DNA of 63,440 nucleotides, filler included, from Diploschistes diacapsis (Eukaryota), in NCBI GenBank assembly GCA_023645945.1. It is 8 parts of 8 records of this genome, joined end to end, with 100 filler letters (N's around TTAATTAATTAA, not from the genome) between each part and the next. Parts side by side here need not be neighbours in the genome. Positions count along the whole stretch, not along the records: positions 1 to 27,511 come from JALAIB010000161.1; 7 more parts are not named here. The stretch is one strand, 5' to 3'. The number at the start of each line of letters is the position of its first letter. The first letter of the stretch is position 1. Below the pieces are notes generated by a model. The model searched no databases and had not been told where the DNA came from. It worked only from the letters and a program-made list of their open reading frames with translations. Both the position numbers and the translations under genes were made by a program. Positions 13,396 through 27,611 of this stretch are shown here, piece by piece.

Positions 13396-14851
13396 ATGGC
13401 ACACGCGGAGCAAGTGCACCACGAGGTACCAGCGGCTCCGCCAAAGAACTACAGGGACATTTCCAACCCGGCGGCGGAAGGAATCAGCTATTACACTCCC
13501 AAGCAACATCCTGTTGCAGGCACTGCCCTGAGTGCCAACCCTCCGAAGGTCTTCACTCCAATCAAAATTCGCGACTTGACTTTCCAGAACCGCATCTTTG
13601 TGCGTGCATTTCTCGTCAAGCAGACGGAGCTGAGCGCTAACATCATCATAGCTTTCTCCACTTTGCCAGTACTCTGCCGATGACGGGCATTTCACTCACT
13701 GGTATCCTTACCTCCTTCGATTTGGAAAGATCAACCCGCTTACCTGGATTTTCACAGGCATTACAGCCATTTGGGCGGTATTATTTTGCGTGGCCCCGGT
13801 CTGTCGTTCATTGAGGCCACCTCAGTAACCGCAGAAGGACGCATCACGCCACAGGACTCTGGGCTGTGGAAAGATTCTCAGACCGAAGCACTGAAGCCCA
13901 TTGTCGAATTCGCCCATTCACAAGGCCAGAAGGTGGGCATCCAGCTCGGCCACGCCGGCCGCAAAGCGAGCGCCGTGGCTCCATGGATCAGCGGCTCGGA
14001 TGCTTCCTCCAAAGCCGTTGGTGGCTGGCCCGATGCCGTCTACGCACCAAGTGCTATCGCGCATAGCGATCGCATGTGCGACCCTATTGCCATGAGCCTG
14101 GAGGATATCGAAAATTTCAAGGAAGCCTGGAAGGCTGGCGTGAAGCGTTCATTGGATGCAGGATTTGATGTCATCGAGATCCATAATGCCCATGGATACC
14201 TACTTCACGAGTTTGTGAGTCCCGTCACGAACAAGCGTACAGATCAATATGGCGGCAGTTTTGAAAATAGGATCCGACTTACGCTAGAGCTTGTAGACAT
14301 AACGCGGAGCCTAATTCCGAAGGGCATGCCACTCTTCATCCGGATCAGCGCTACCGATTGGCTGGAAGAGAAGAAGGATATTGAGAGTTGGACCATCGAG
14401 CAAAGTGTTGAATTAGCGAAGAAGTTGGTGGGCAAGGTGGATCTCATCGATGTCAGCTCTGGCGGCAACTCTTCGGAGCAGCATATCGTGCCCGTAGGAG
14501 ACGACAAGCTTTCTGTCGGTGGCAAGGCATATCAAGCAGTGAGTGCCTCGCCTTGTCCGCGTGGCTCAACTACTACATTTCTTGTTAACTAACCTTCCAT
14601 GTCTGCAGCCTTTTGCCCATAAAATCAAAGATGCGGTCGGTGACAAGATCCTCGTCTCAACGGTCGGCGGGATAAAGGAGGGATACATCGCAAAGCAGTG
14701 CATCGATAACGGCCTGGACGTCGTTTTCGTTGGTCGGATGTTCCAAAAGAATCCCGGTCTGCTCTTTCGATTTGGGGACGAGCTCGAGGTTGACGTACGC
14801 ATGCCAAACCAGATTTCTTGGGCTTTCAGGGGTAGAGGAGGTAGTAAATAG
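13396..14851 (+). CDS. NADH:flavin oxidoreductase / old yellow enzyme family (YqjM-like)
   Basis: FTPIKIRDLTFQNRIF|LSPLCQYSA, EATSV..GRI, GIQLGHAGRKAS, GFDVIEIHNAHGYLLHEF, RTDQYGGSFENRIR, VDLIDVSSGG; 3 GT-AG introns. Confidence 0.95.
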
Positions 14852-15704
14852 ATAACCACCGCTAAGTCAAGCACCACAAGTTAGAAAAAAGTAATATAGA
14901 AATCTATTGCTGTGGTTTTAGCTAACATAATCGGTCAGGCTTATGGGCGAGCAATTGCAAGGAACGGTACAAGATAAGAAGCGACACAGTCTTATGCCTT
15001 CTTACCATACTCGGAAATGAAGAACCAGCCTAGAAAAAAGCAGCATTAGCTAGGTAGAATCTGATAGCACATATCAGTCTATTCCTTTCCAAATTCGTAC
15101 ATGGCTGCCATCAATAGAATTTTCCTTATTGTTCACTTACGGTTTGGATGAGCGGCCTCTGTCAAGTAATGATCCACCAGCACTCCAGTGCGCTGGAGAT
15201 TCTGGGTAAGCTTTGGAAAGATGCCACTCTGGTTCCGTTCCCACCCCCTTTTTCCATCCTAGAGGTTAAGAAAATTAGGAGCACCGTATTCGGAAGACAC
15301 CCATGCTGGATGAACAGGTCCAGTATCCCTCACAGGCGGGATCAATGTTCCCAGCTGCGTCAAAAACGCTTCATGCATTCACCCAACGCTGCATAACACT
15401 CCGATGTCAAACGGTCACATACCAGCAAAGTCTGAACTCACAATGAACAAGAGCACCGCAAACACTCTTGTCCAGCCCCTACTCACCATGTCAATCTATT
15501 TCATTACTTCTTTTTCTCTTGTTTTCCCCTTTCACCTTCTTCCTCCCAACCATCATCGTGACATTCTCAACTCACACAAAGTTGATCACCTTCACGATAA
15601 CATTAGCCTTGCGGCACTCAAACTTATCAGTCCACTGAGACCATTGGTTACTTTCCCAATACCCCAATCATCTTCTAAGCCGACCCTCATCCGAGATCGC
15701 TAAA

Positions 15705-17606
15705 ATGGACGTGAACGAACGGATTATCTGTTCTTTGCTCGTTCTCATCTTCTACTTATTTTTCGTACGCCGTATTGCAGGTCCACTTCTCGGATACTGG
15801 CCGATCACGAAGGCCATGTGTGGATTCTGTCTGCTCTACATCCTGTTCGAGTCGTGGCTTGCACTCTTTTTGATGATCTGGATCGTCACATCGATACTCG
15901 CTCTGTGGATGTACTTCGTGCGCGGATTCGGCCGTCCAAACCGGGTCCAGGGTGAGCTGCAAGAGGAGCAGAAAGCTCGTGGGGTTGCTTGGAAGGCAAG
16001 GATTGAGCAGGGAGAAAAAGAAATGGAGGAAGCTTTCGCGGTATGATAGTTTAGCTTCCTGCCGATAATAAAACAGTCTAATGCTGACTGCTTTTAGAAC
16101 AAATTGAGAGCAGCTATCCACGATAACGATAGGCAGCAAGAGCAGCTTCTTGCCAAAGCAAAAGCCGGGTATCAGCAGCAATTCCAGCTCGAACGAGAAC
16201 AGATAGAGTTGGAGGCCTCGAAACAGATCGAAGCCTCGCGCAGAGAGACTGAACTCGTGAAGAGAGCGAGGTTCGTGAGCGGCGCGAATCTCTATCGCGA
16301 ACAGGTCCTCAATGAAATGAAAGATCTTGAGGCAGACAAGGAGGCCGCGGTGGAGAGGTGCAACGCCGAGGTCCTGAGGACGTACGCCGTGCAGAAGAAG
16401 TTTTTCGCCTTGGAGAAGAAGTACCTTGCTCTATTGAAGAGCGAGACTTCAGCAAAAGAAGACCTGGATACGTCACGTAAGACGCTGGCCATGGCATTCA
16501 AGCAACTTTCGGTGTCGAACCGGAAGAACGAAAAGCTAGAGGAGCTTCTGACCAAGAAGGATCCGTCACGTCCGGAAATCGACCGGCTCAAGGCCAAGAT
16601 GGCCGACATCGCTAAGCGACGCGACGATGCTCTGCAAAAGGCCGTCGACAAGTCCAAGCAAGCGGAAGGCGAAAAGTCAACGCTCTTAGCCAAGGTACTG
16701 GTAGCGGACAAGGCGCGCAGAGCTGCGGAGGAGCGAGCCAGGTCCACCGAGTCGAACGCCGAATTGACCGAGGTGATGCTGATCGCCGAGCTCAATGAAG
16801 TGAAGGAGAAGCTAGAAGATGCGCACCGAGAGATGCGGAGGCTGAGCGAAAGGAAAGACTGGGCCTACGCTGAGTACACGAAGCTGGTCAATCCATACGA
16901 CAAAGCTCGTGCGGACAACGCAGCAAAGGACAAGGAACTGGCGGAGGTCAGAGCGAATTGCGAACGGGTGGGGAAGGAGCTGCGCGCCGAAATGGAGAAG
17001 ACAAGGGAAGAGTCCTCGGAGCCGAAGAAAAAACTTGGAGCGCAAGGAACAAGCCCGGCGCCAGCGGTCTATGCCTTCGCCTCCTCGTTTACTTTCCGAT
17101 GTTCGCCGCCTGCACAGGAGTTCCTACCAACTCCCGCAAACGTCCCGGCCGCTGCGCCAGCTCCGCAGACTCCACAGCCAACTCCAGCATCATCGAGTGC
17201 TCCAGAGACAACTTTGCGACTTCTTCCCCAAGATCTCACTGCGCCAGCAGTGCAGCCGGAATTAGCGACAACCTCGGTCCTCGATCAGGGCGGTGATGCT
17301 CCCGCTCAGTCAGAAACTGGAACACAGTCTCTGACTGCGCTGGGTCCGAGTCCGTCTTTTCCCGAGCTGGCTCCGAACGCCTCTCAGGCTGATGCTGAGA
17401 CAATGTCTCCGCCCCTACTAGGCGAGACTCATCAGCTGGCTGCGGAAGACGCGGAGAACGCCGAAGGCGACACTGATGCTGATGGTGACGATATCAGTTC
17501 TATCGGCTCGGAATTGTCGGAACTGACGAGAGCCGCCTGGAAGCTAACGAACACCGATGCCAACATGAACTCGGATGCAAATGGCAACGACTCAAGCGCT
17601 GCTTAA
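15705..17606 (+). CDS. Orphan protein: N-terminal transmembrane segments, long coiled coil, Pro/Ala/Thr-rich then acidic disordered tail (~614 aa)
   Basis: ORF 15705-16046 (hydrophobic) joins ORF 16104-17606 in frame through phase-0 intron 16041-16097 (GTATGA..GCTGAC..TAG); E/K/A/L-rich heptad-like middle; no family recognised. Confidence 0.75.
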
Positions 17607-17644
17607 GCCAGGCCAACGTCAGCATCGAATCTGCAGTCAGTTTC

Positions 17645-18205
17645 TAATTCGAAGGGTGTTACGGTCGAGATTTCCACGCCGAGCCTTCGCAAGATACTAG
17701 CTTCCGCATCAATGACGTTCTTCTTCCAACGACGGTTCTCTAAGGGTGTTACGGTCACAGTATTTCCTCGCCGGCCCTTCACGAGAAACCAGCCTCCGCG
17801 CCATTAACGTTCTTCCCGAAACAACGGTTTTCTAGGGGTGTTACGGTCATACGACTTTCTCGCCGGCCCTTTACTAGATACCAGCTTCCGCCTCAAGCGA
17901 TGTTCCTGCTCAGACAAAATTCTTTAAGGGTGCTTACGGTCACAGGACTTCCTCGCCGGCCCTTCAAAAGATATTGGTTTCCGCAACGCCAACGTTCTTC
18001 CTGTAACGGCAGTTCTCCAGGGTGTTTACGGTCACAGATAGTTCTCGCCGGCCCTTTACATGATACCAGTTCCCAGATGAAAGACCTCTTTGCTTTCAAG
18101 AAAATTCTCTAGGGGTATTTACGCTCACAGGACTTCCTCACTGACCCTCAACAGAGATTCCCGGAGTGCTTACGAATCGGATTCCCGGCGCCGGCTCCGC
18201 GGATT
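17645..18205 (+). repeat. Non-coding tandem array of 7 conserved bulged stem-loop units (~90-93 bp period), candidate structured RNA element in a 3' UTR or ncRNA
   Basis: Core RGGGTG(Y)TTACGGTC..TTYCTCGCCGGCCCTT recurs at ~17653, 17743, 17835, 17927, 18019, 18112, plus a variant at ~18162; spacings 90/92/92/92/93/~50 do not keep a reading frame. Confidence 0.88.
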
Positions 18206-19143
18206 GGCAAGCTCGAGCACCTTCGATGACAACTTTACGGACTCGATTTCGTCGTTGATTTGGAAGGGATAGCTGCACAGCGAGCGTAGCGCCATCAAAT
18301 GATGGTTGCTCAACGAGAAGTGTTGATGGACGGATACACGCCAGCACTCGACATTATTATTCAATTCAGCAAGATGCGAAACAGCAACTCGGGCTTTGAT
18401 TCCTTGAAAAGATCCTTCTCGACATCCACTGCAACACAACGGGGGACGAGCTGATCGATATACTGTAGATCCATAGACCGATAGGATTCCAAAGGTCGCG
18501 CTCATGAAACGGGCGAGTAAAAGTGCCAAGACCCCCCGCCAGCGTTTCCAAATTTCCCCGTAGGGAACTTGACTTAACCTAACCGAGCCACTCACATCTC
18601 GGGCAGTCAGTTCCTCCTGCAGTCTAAGCATGCATCACGACAGCCTCTCATTGTCTTCACTCATGGCCAGTTTGACGCATTGAGCTCGTTGAGTCGATCA
18701 TTGCACTCCCTATCACACTCCTTATGCGCTTGAAAGCCGCTCTCTAAGCAGTATCAACAGACGCTCCGGATTAAAGTATTCGTTCGTCAGGCACGGCACC
18801 TCGAAGCTCTTGTTACGGCATCACCCTCCTTTGTCCGTTGCGACACTGTGCGAAAATAGCCTTTCCTTTGATAACAATCGCGCAACAAACCGGATAGCGA
18901 TTTTGAGGCTCGAGTCACTCACGTTCTTTGCACCTTCGAGACGAGCTCTACGATTACAGCGACTCTGGAATTCTCGATTATCTCCGCACCTTGTCTAAAC
19001 GATCGATCACATCACCTGGCTTGTGTAAAGAGATCAGATGGGGTACAAAAACATTTGAGGTTCAGATTCGCATCTGCAGTCCTCTGCAGTGGCTCCTTTT
19101 ACCTCTTTAAGAAGCACAGCAGTTTGCTATATTGCGGCCCACA

Positions 19144-21072
19144 ATGGGGATTTTCGGTTGGGACAGTGAAAAGAACGAAAGACTTACTGCCGAACACAAG
19201 TGGGATTACATCAATCTCTCAGACTTTAGATCCCACTCTTGCTGGACCCCCTTCACCTATGTCGTGCTCTACATATCTCTCCTGATATCCATCGCCTGCT
19301 ACGCCATCGATGTATTCACCTGCAGTCAGCTCCTCCTCTTTGACAGATGGAGTGGTCAAATCCAACCGGTTGTTCCGCTTTACATATCTCGATGGGTATT
19401 CGCTGGTTGTATCCTGCTCAGTCTTGTCCTATTGGTGTTTCGGTGGATTCGTGCTGTTCGCGCAATCAAATCCGGAGGAATCGCTAAAAGCTATCTTGAT
19501 CCCCTAGCGGTGCGTCTTCAAAGCATTCGAATGGGCCAGAACGGACGAGGATGGCGCAGGTTCCTCTTATTTACCGAACTTACAAAGAGCAAGAAAGGCG
19601 CAGAATATGTGGCGCTGTTCTCATACTTCTCCTTTGAGGCTTCGCTGCGCATAATCCTGGCCGAAGGCCCCAGACAAGCCATAAACGCCATTACCATAGC
19701 TTCCGTTCTGCAGTCTCAATTCATACCGAACGGGCAGCACGCCGCCGCTACTGGCAGCTCTCCAATTGCGCAGTTCTTCATCAACGTCAAGTTATACGCC
19801 CAAGGCAATCAGCTTCGAGCTGTCGTCTTATTTGGTATGCTTTTCACGCTGCTTATCTGGATTATCGCAGCTTTGAGCTTAGTAGTTGCTTGTACACTTT
19901 ATGTCGTTTTTCTTTGGCATCATATTCCTTCGGCTGATGGAGGACTGGCAGGATTCTGCAAGCGAAAGATTGACGGCAGATTGCAGAAGATTGTCGATGT
20001 CAAAGTTAAGAAGGCATTAGAAAAGGAAGAAGCGAAGTCCCTTGGAGGAGAATCAATGCCCCGCATCAAGAAGCAGCCAACATTGCCAGTTCTCGATGAT
20101 TTTGGGGATGATAAGCTGCCACAAATGCCAACCTTGAATCGCCAGAATACCCAGGCGACACAAGCGACAGTCAGCTCTCAGGCCTCTGCCGCCGTCGGTA
20201 AATCTAGGCCTGGATTTGAAAGGCAACCAACTGTACCAGATATTGGCAGAAACTTTGCAAGGCCCTTGCCCTCACGGACAGCAACGCAATCGTCTGCACG
20301 TAGCTATAGCTCGAATGCACCATTGGTCGGCTCCGCTGCCCCCATGGGTTATGATCAGTCTGGAAGATCATACTCTCCAACAGAATTGTCCCAAGTGGGC
20401 CCTTTTCTCGACTCCAAGCCATTCTTAGGTCGTACCCTTACTGGCCAAACTCAGGGTTCTCAAAGTTCTTATATTTCTAACCAAGACCACATGCCACTAT
20501 CGCGACAGAACACTGCCGGAACCCATTCCAGCTCCAACGGCCGTCCCTTTCCTGGGCCATATGCTTGTCCAGCTCGTCAGAATACAGGCATGGGCACCAC
20601 TCCATACTATCAACCAATTCAAAGTGCACCTCGACGACAAAACACGAATGAAAGTGCTCGAAGTGTTGGAGATTATTTTGACATGAGCGGTGGAACTCCC
20701 TCATCTCTTTCACGAAATCCCACCTTTCAATCAACTTGGCAGTCGCCACCGGGTTTTGAGCCACAGTCCCGCTATGCTCAGAATGGAGGTATTGCACAGA
20801 GCAGAGAAAATCCTTACATGGCTTACAATGTTGGTATACCTGTCCAAGTTCAAGGTGGCAACTCTGCGGGGCTGGTTCAACCTTCGAATTTCCAAAGCAG
20901 TCGATGGCACAACAATCTCAATGGGCCTCCAATCTTGTCAAGGTCTGGGACCGCTCCGCCAGCGGCATACCCTTACGACGACTCATTTTATGACTCTTAC
21001 CGAAGCGATACCTCTACTTTCTCACGGCCTGCAATGCCAGTCAGAGCAGCAACAGCCGGGCCAGGGGCTTAG
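19144..21072 (+). CDS. KCH1: Kch1/Prm6-family membrane protein (low-affinity K+ transporter-like) with long disordered C-tail
   Basis: WDYINLSDF, SYLDPLAVRLQSIR, FLLFTELTKSKKGAEYVALFSYFSF, ILAEGPRQAINA; several TM segments; intronless. Confidence 0.82.
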   Translation: MGIFGWDSEKNERLTAEHKWDYINLSDFRSHSCWTPFTYVVLYISLLISIACYAIDVFTCSQLLLFDRWSGQIQPVVPLYISRWVFAGCILLSLVLLVFRWIRAVRAIKSGGIAKSYLDPLAVRLQSIRMGQNGRGWRRFLLFTELTKSKKGAEYVALFSYFSFEASLRIILAEGPRQAINAITIASVLQSQFIPNGQHAAATGSSPIAQFFINVKLYAQGNQLRAVVLFGMLFTLLIWIIAALSLVVACTLYVVFLWHHIPSADGGLAGFCKRKIDGRLQKIVDVKVKKALEKEEAKSLGGESMPRIKKQPTLPVLDDFGDDKLPQMPTLNRQNTQATQATVSSQASAAVGKSRPGFERQPTVPDIGRNFARPLPSRTATQSSARSYSSNAPLVGSAAPMGYDQSGRSYSPTELSQVGPFLDSKPFLGRTLTGQTQGSQSSYISNQDHMPLSRQNTAGTHSSSNGRPFPGPYACPARQNTGMGTTPYYQPIQSAPRRQNTNESARSVGDYFDMSGGTPSSLSRNPTFQSTWQSPPGFEPQSRYAQNGGIAQSRENPYMAYNVGIPVQVQGGNSAGLVQPSNFQSSRWHNNLNGPPILSRSGTAPPAAYPYDDSFYDSYRSDTSTFSRPAMPVRAATAGPGA

Positions 21073-22087
21073 CAATGGTATTCATGATGCTTACCCTGGC
21101 TCATGTGATTACCACGACTGTTCTTTTATCTTTGTTTCTGTATGATACCCGTCTCGTTCTTCTAGGGCCAAAGCTCCGCTATTCTTCCAAGGAATTTCTA
21201 ACTTGCGTCGTCATGGCTGGTCATGAATGATTCTACATGTGAGGACATAGCATTTGGGTTAGTATAGCTTTGACCTGGTTCTCCTCTATCAAACACTGTA
21301 TTAGCAGAATCGTGGCATAATGTAGTACAGGATCTCGCGAAAGTTCGCTCGAGATTTGCTCGTGTGCGGTCTGCGTCGTCATGGCAGACTATACCACGGT
21401 TGGCGGATACTTTGCAGCTGTTCACTTCAGGTCTTTATGAAGTACGACCATCTTTGCAGCGTTGTCGTCTTGTGGTCATAGCAACCTGAGGTCAAGTGGG
21501 GAAAGCTACAGTGAAGGAGGGAAGTTCAAAATCAGATAAAGGCCGTGTGAATCTGGATTGTACTTTCCCAACGGGCTATCACCTGCGTCGTCGATAAAAT
21601 GGTCGAGCTGGGTGATTATTCACAGGGACTGAAGTTGCATGTGGATCCTTTATTGAAGAATAGGTTTTGGAACGGGTGTCGATAATCTGAAGTTTACTTT
21701 GCTGGGTCTATGAATCCTTCGAGGTAGATGTGCCGTTTTATATAGCCAATTCGTCTGCTTCACTGCCGTAGTAATTCTAAAGCACTTGCCCAAAGTTCCA
21801 TAAAGTCTATGTAGATCTTGCACATATACCTATCATTCTCAAAGACACGAGTAGTGTGTGATTCTTCCTGGGTCTATGAGTTAGAGTTCCTCTACTGACG
21901 GAGATACTTCCCCACCTGTAAGCGATCTGATGCGAAGTTTATAGGAAATGGGACCTTGGCGGAGGTACGGCCGACGGAAAGTTTGACTCATCCCACTTTC
22001 GCGGGAAGTTCCACTACCCCTTAGGAGAGACTGCGCAGTCTTTTGACGCCAATAGCTAAAAAGTGTACGAGTACGCATCGAGCCGAC

Positions 22088-24533
<2,446 letters not shown>

Positions 24534-25187
24534 ACATGTGGAGAGCCCGAGCCAAAAAAGCAGTCACGTTAGCTTTAGAATCAACCTCGATAGGTGAATG
24601 TTGATCTAAGAGACACTGTAACCCTAACATTCATCGGGACTTCAAGCGATAGTAGACATGACCAAGTTTTTGACTCCCAAATCGGAATTTAACTGCTAAT
24701 GGGTTTTGAGTGCCTTATGGTCCAGAAGCTTTCAGGAATCCTATAACAATTTGCACCCCAAATGTTTCTTCCGCCACTTTATGCCCACGCAAGAGCTCAA
24801 TGGTGCTCCCTATCAACTATAACAAAGTCCGGAAGTCCTCAGGAGAGCTTCAAGTATCTTAAACTTGTTATAATCATCTGAAGCACCTCTTCGAGCTTTA
24901 GGTAAGCATAAAGTGGTAGAAGACACATCAGGTATGTAAGTTTTTATTAATGTGACCTGTAAGTGTGTGTACTAGAAGTAATTATTAGCGGGTACTTCCA
25001 TCACGATTAGGGTTTAAAGCTCCAACTAGGGTACATGTATGCATGGGTATCCCCGCTATGCTCCCTGTCAGATATCTTGGCATTTCCTACGCCCAGTTTT
25101 CTAGATTTGTGGTTCAACAAGGTGAATCTCTCTACCGTACCGCCAACATCCGATTTGGAAGTTTCTTCTTTCTCCGCATATTATAGC

Positions 25188-26666
25188 ATGGCTTCGCTGA
25201 ATGTTCCCATGCATCAGCGTACCCGCAGCAGCACGCCTACTAAGGCAGTCATCCTGGTAAGTCCCTCCGGAAGCTTCAGTTCCTTCGCGGTAACTCAACG
25301 AATACTTATAGGTTGGAGGCCCCTCGCGAGGAACTCGCTTCAGACCGCTCTCCTTAAATGTGCCGAAGGTTGGTCACTCGCTAACAAACTCGTGTCTATC
25401 CCTTTCTTGCTAATGCTTGAAAGCCTCTCTTTGACATTGCCGGCCATCCTATCATTTGGCATTGTCTTCGAGCAATTGCCAAGGTCCCAGGCATACGCGA
25501 AGTCATTCTAGTGGGCTATTATGACGAGTCTGTGTTCAGAGACTTCATCAAGGACTCCTCGAAGGAGCTGCCGCAGATACGCATACAATACCTTCGAGAA
25601 TATCAGGCTCTAGGGACTGCAGGCGGTCTTTACCACTTCCGCGATGCCATTCTCCGAGGAAGCCCAGAGCGCTTCTTTGTGCTCAATGCAGACATATGCT
25701 GCTCGTTTCCTTTGAATGAGATGCTTAGGTTGTTTGAAGAGAAGGACGCCGAAGCGGTCATCTTGGGTACACGGGTTAGCAAAGATGTCGCTAGCAACTT
25801 TGGCTGCGTTGTTTCAGACGAACACACGAAGCGAGTGCTCCACTATGTCGAGAAGCCAGAGTCTCATATTTCAAATCTGATCAATTGCGGTATCTATCTT
25901 TTCTCTACAGAAGCCATCTTTCCAACCATCAAATCGGCAATCAAGAAGCGCACCGACAAACCGCGCCTAGTGTCCTATCCTTCATCCGAGAACCTCGAGG
26001 CACAACTTAATCAAGACATGGAGGATGGCGAGACCAGCGAGATTCTCCGCCTGGAACAGGACATTCTTTCAGACATGGCGGACACCAAGAAATTCTTCGT
26101 CTACGAGACCAAGGACTTCTGGCGCCAGATTAAGACGGCTGGTTCTGCTGTTCCGGCGAGTGCGCTGTACCTACAAAAGGCTTTCCAGTCCCAATCGGAG
26201 GAGCTTTCCAAGCCTTCCGCGAACATCCTTCCTCCGGTCTACATCCATCCATCCGCGACTGTCGATCCCACGGCGAAGCTGGGGCCGAATGTCTCGATCG
26301 GCCCTCGGGCTACCATCGGAGCTGGTGTGCGGGTGAAAGAATCTATTGTTCTTGAGGACGTTGAAATCAAGCACGATGCATGCGTTCTGTACTCGATCCT
26401 AGGCTGGGGAAGTCGTGTTGGTGCTTGGGCTAGAGTCGAGGGCGAGCCGACGCCGGTTGGCAGCCATGCCGAAAGCATTGTCAAGAACGGAGTCAAGGTC
26501 CAGAGCATTACGATTCTCGGCAAGGATTGTGGTGTTGGAGACGAGGTCCGTGTGCAAAATTGTGTTTGTTTGCCCAACAAGGAGCTCAAGAGGGTAAGTT
26601 GGTGTAACACACAAGCATAGCTGCGCTAACACATCCTAGGATGTCTCGAACGAGGTTATTATGTAG
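25188..26666 (+). CDS. Mannose-1-phosphate guanylyltransferase, alpha (GMPPA-type) subunit
   Basis: KAVIL|VGGPSRGTRFRPLSLNVPK|PLFDIAG (alpha-type signature), LGTAGGLYHF, LNADIC, YVEKP, hexapeptide-repeat C-terminus; final exon DVSNEVIM*. Confidence 0.93.
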
Positions 26667-26979
26667 GGTTTTTGAGTTCGAGGGCATGTATTGCGATACG
26701 CTTGGAGTTGATGACGATTGCTGGACAATTTATGATACTGGTCATGGAAAGATAAAAGTTTATTCTTACTCTTGAAGAAGCGGTAGAGCCGGAAGAGCTC
26801 TCAAGTCCAATCAACCCCTGAATGAAGCTGCTTGGGTAGATACTCGCTGCCTTTGTAACCGTGCAAAAGGCCTTAGGTGCTGGATCTAGGTATCGAACAA
26901 CCGAAACTCTCTGTCGTTAGCAATGGAAAATACCCGCTAGAACTCCCCCTCCATCTAGATAACTCACAAACGCCCTCCA

Positions 26980-27511
26980 TCATGCATACATATCATCATA
27001 CTCCTCTTCACCTCCCTCGCCATTTGCCGGCGGCGGCGTCGGTGGCCTCTTCCTCCCCAAATCCTTCCTATCCAACGGGCACGTAGAATTCAGCTTCAAC
27101 CATGGCTGTATGCACTCCAGATCAAAAACATGCTTATCATTACACGGTAACCTGACAACAAGGGGATACTGATCGTCCAAAAACTCCTCCCCGCAGATGG
27201 GACACTCGTCCCCCTTCTTGATCCGTTTCCTATCGACCCGCTCCAGCCCCTCGATGAACTCCGCCGGCATGCCTTGTGGTTTGGTCGGCGGCGTTTCGGC
27301 CTGCGAGAAGAGGAAGGAGACGAGTGAGTCCGCCAGGTCGCGGTCAGGGTTCTGCGACATCATGGCTTCCATGGCTTCGCCGAGGAGCCGGAAGGAGGCG
27401 GCGACGTCCCCGGGGATCGGGGTGAGGTGCGGGTTTGTGGATGCGGGGGGGAGGTCGACTTGTTGGAGGGAGGAGTAGAAGGTGGAGAGGTTGGGGCGCT
27501 GCCGATGGGAG
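26980..27511 (-). CDS. RING-H2 finger protein (putative E3 ligase), 5' end lost in gap
   Basis: CPIC..LPCNDKHVFDLECIQPWLKLNSTCPLDR; frame open to contig end. Confidence 0.9.
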
Positions 27512-27611
27512 NNNNNNNNNNNNNNNNNNNNNNNNNNNNNNNNNNNNNNNNNNNNTTAATTAATTAANNNNNNNNNNNNNNNNNNNNNNNNNNNNNNNNN
27601 NNNNNNNNNNN
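27512..27611. other. Artificial contig spacer
   Basis: 44 N + TTAATTAATTAA (stops in six frames) + 44 N. Confidence 0.99.

Noticed and set aside
14849..14884. Stop read-through giving a cryptic PTS1 on the OYE protein
   Set aside because: The extension ends in ..STTS, not a PTS1, and the stop context is not TGA CTA
17645..18205. Array as CRISPR-like, HDV-like ribozymes or 5S rRNA relics
   Set aside because: Linkers are mutually homologous and no cas genes are present; UCCUCGC matches the HDV L3 loop but P3, P1.1 and J4/2 cannot be formed; 5S similarity is limited to ~10 nt
27556..27567. Recurrent TTAATTAATTAA motif
   Set aside because: Six-frame stop linker added during concatenation; not biological
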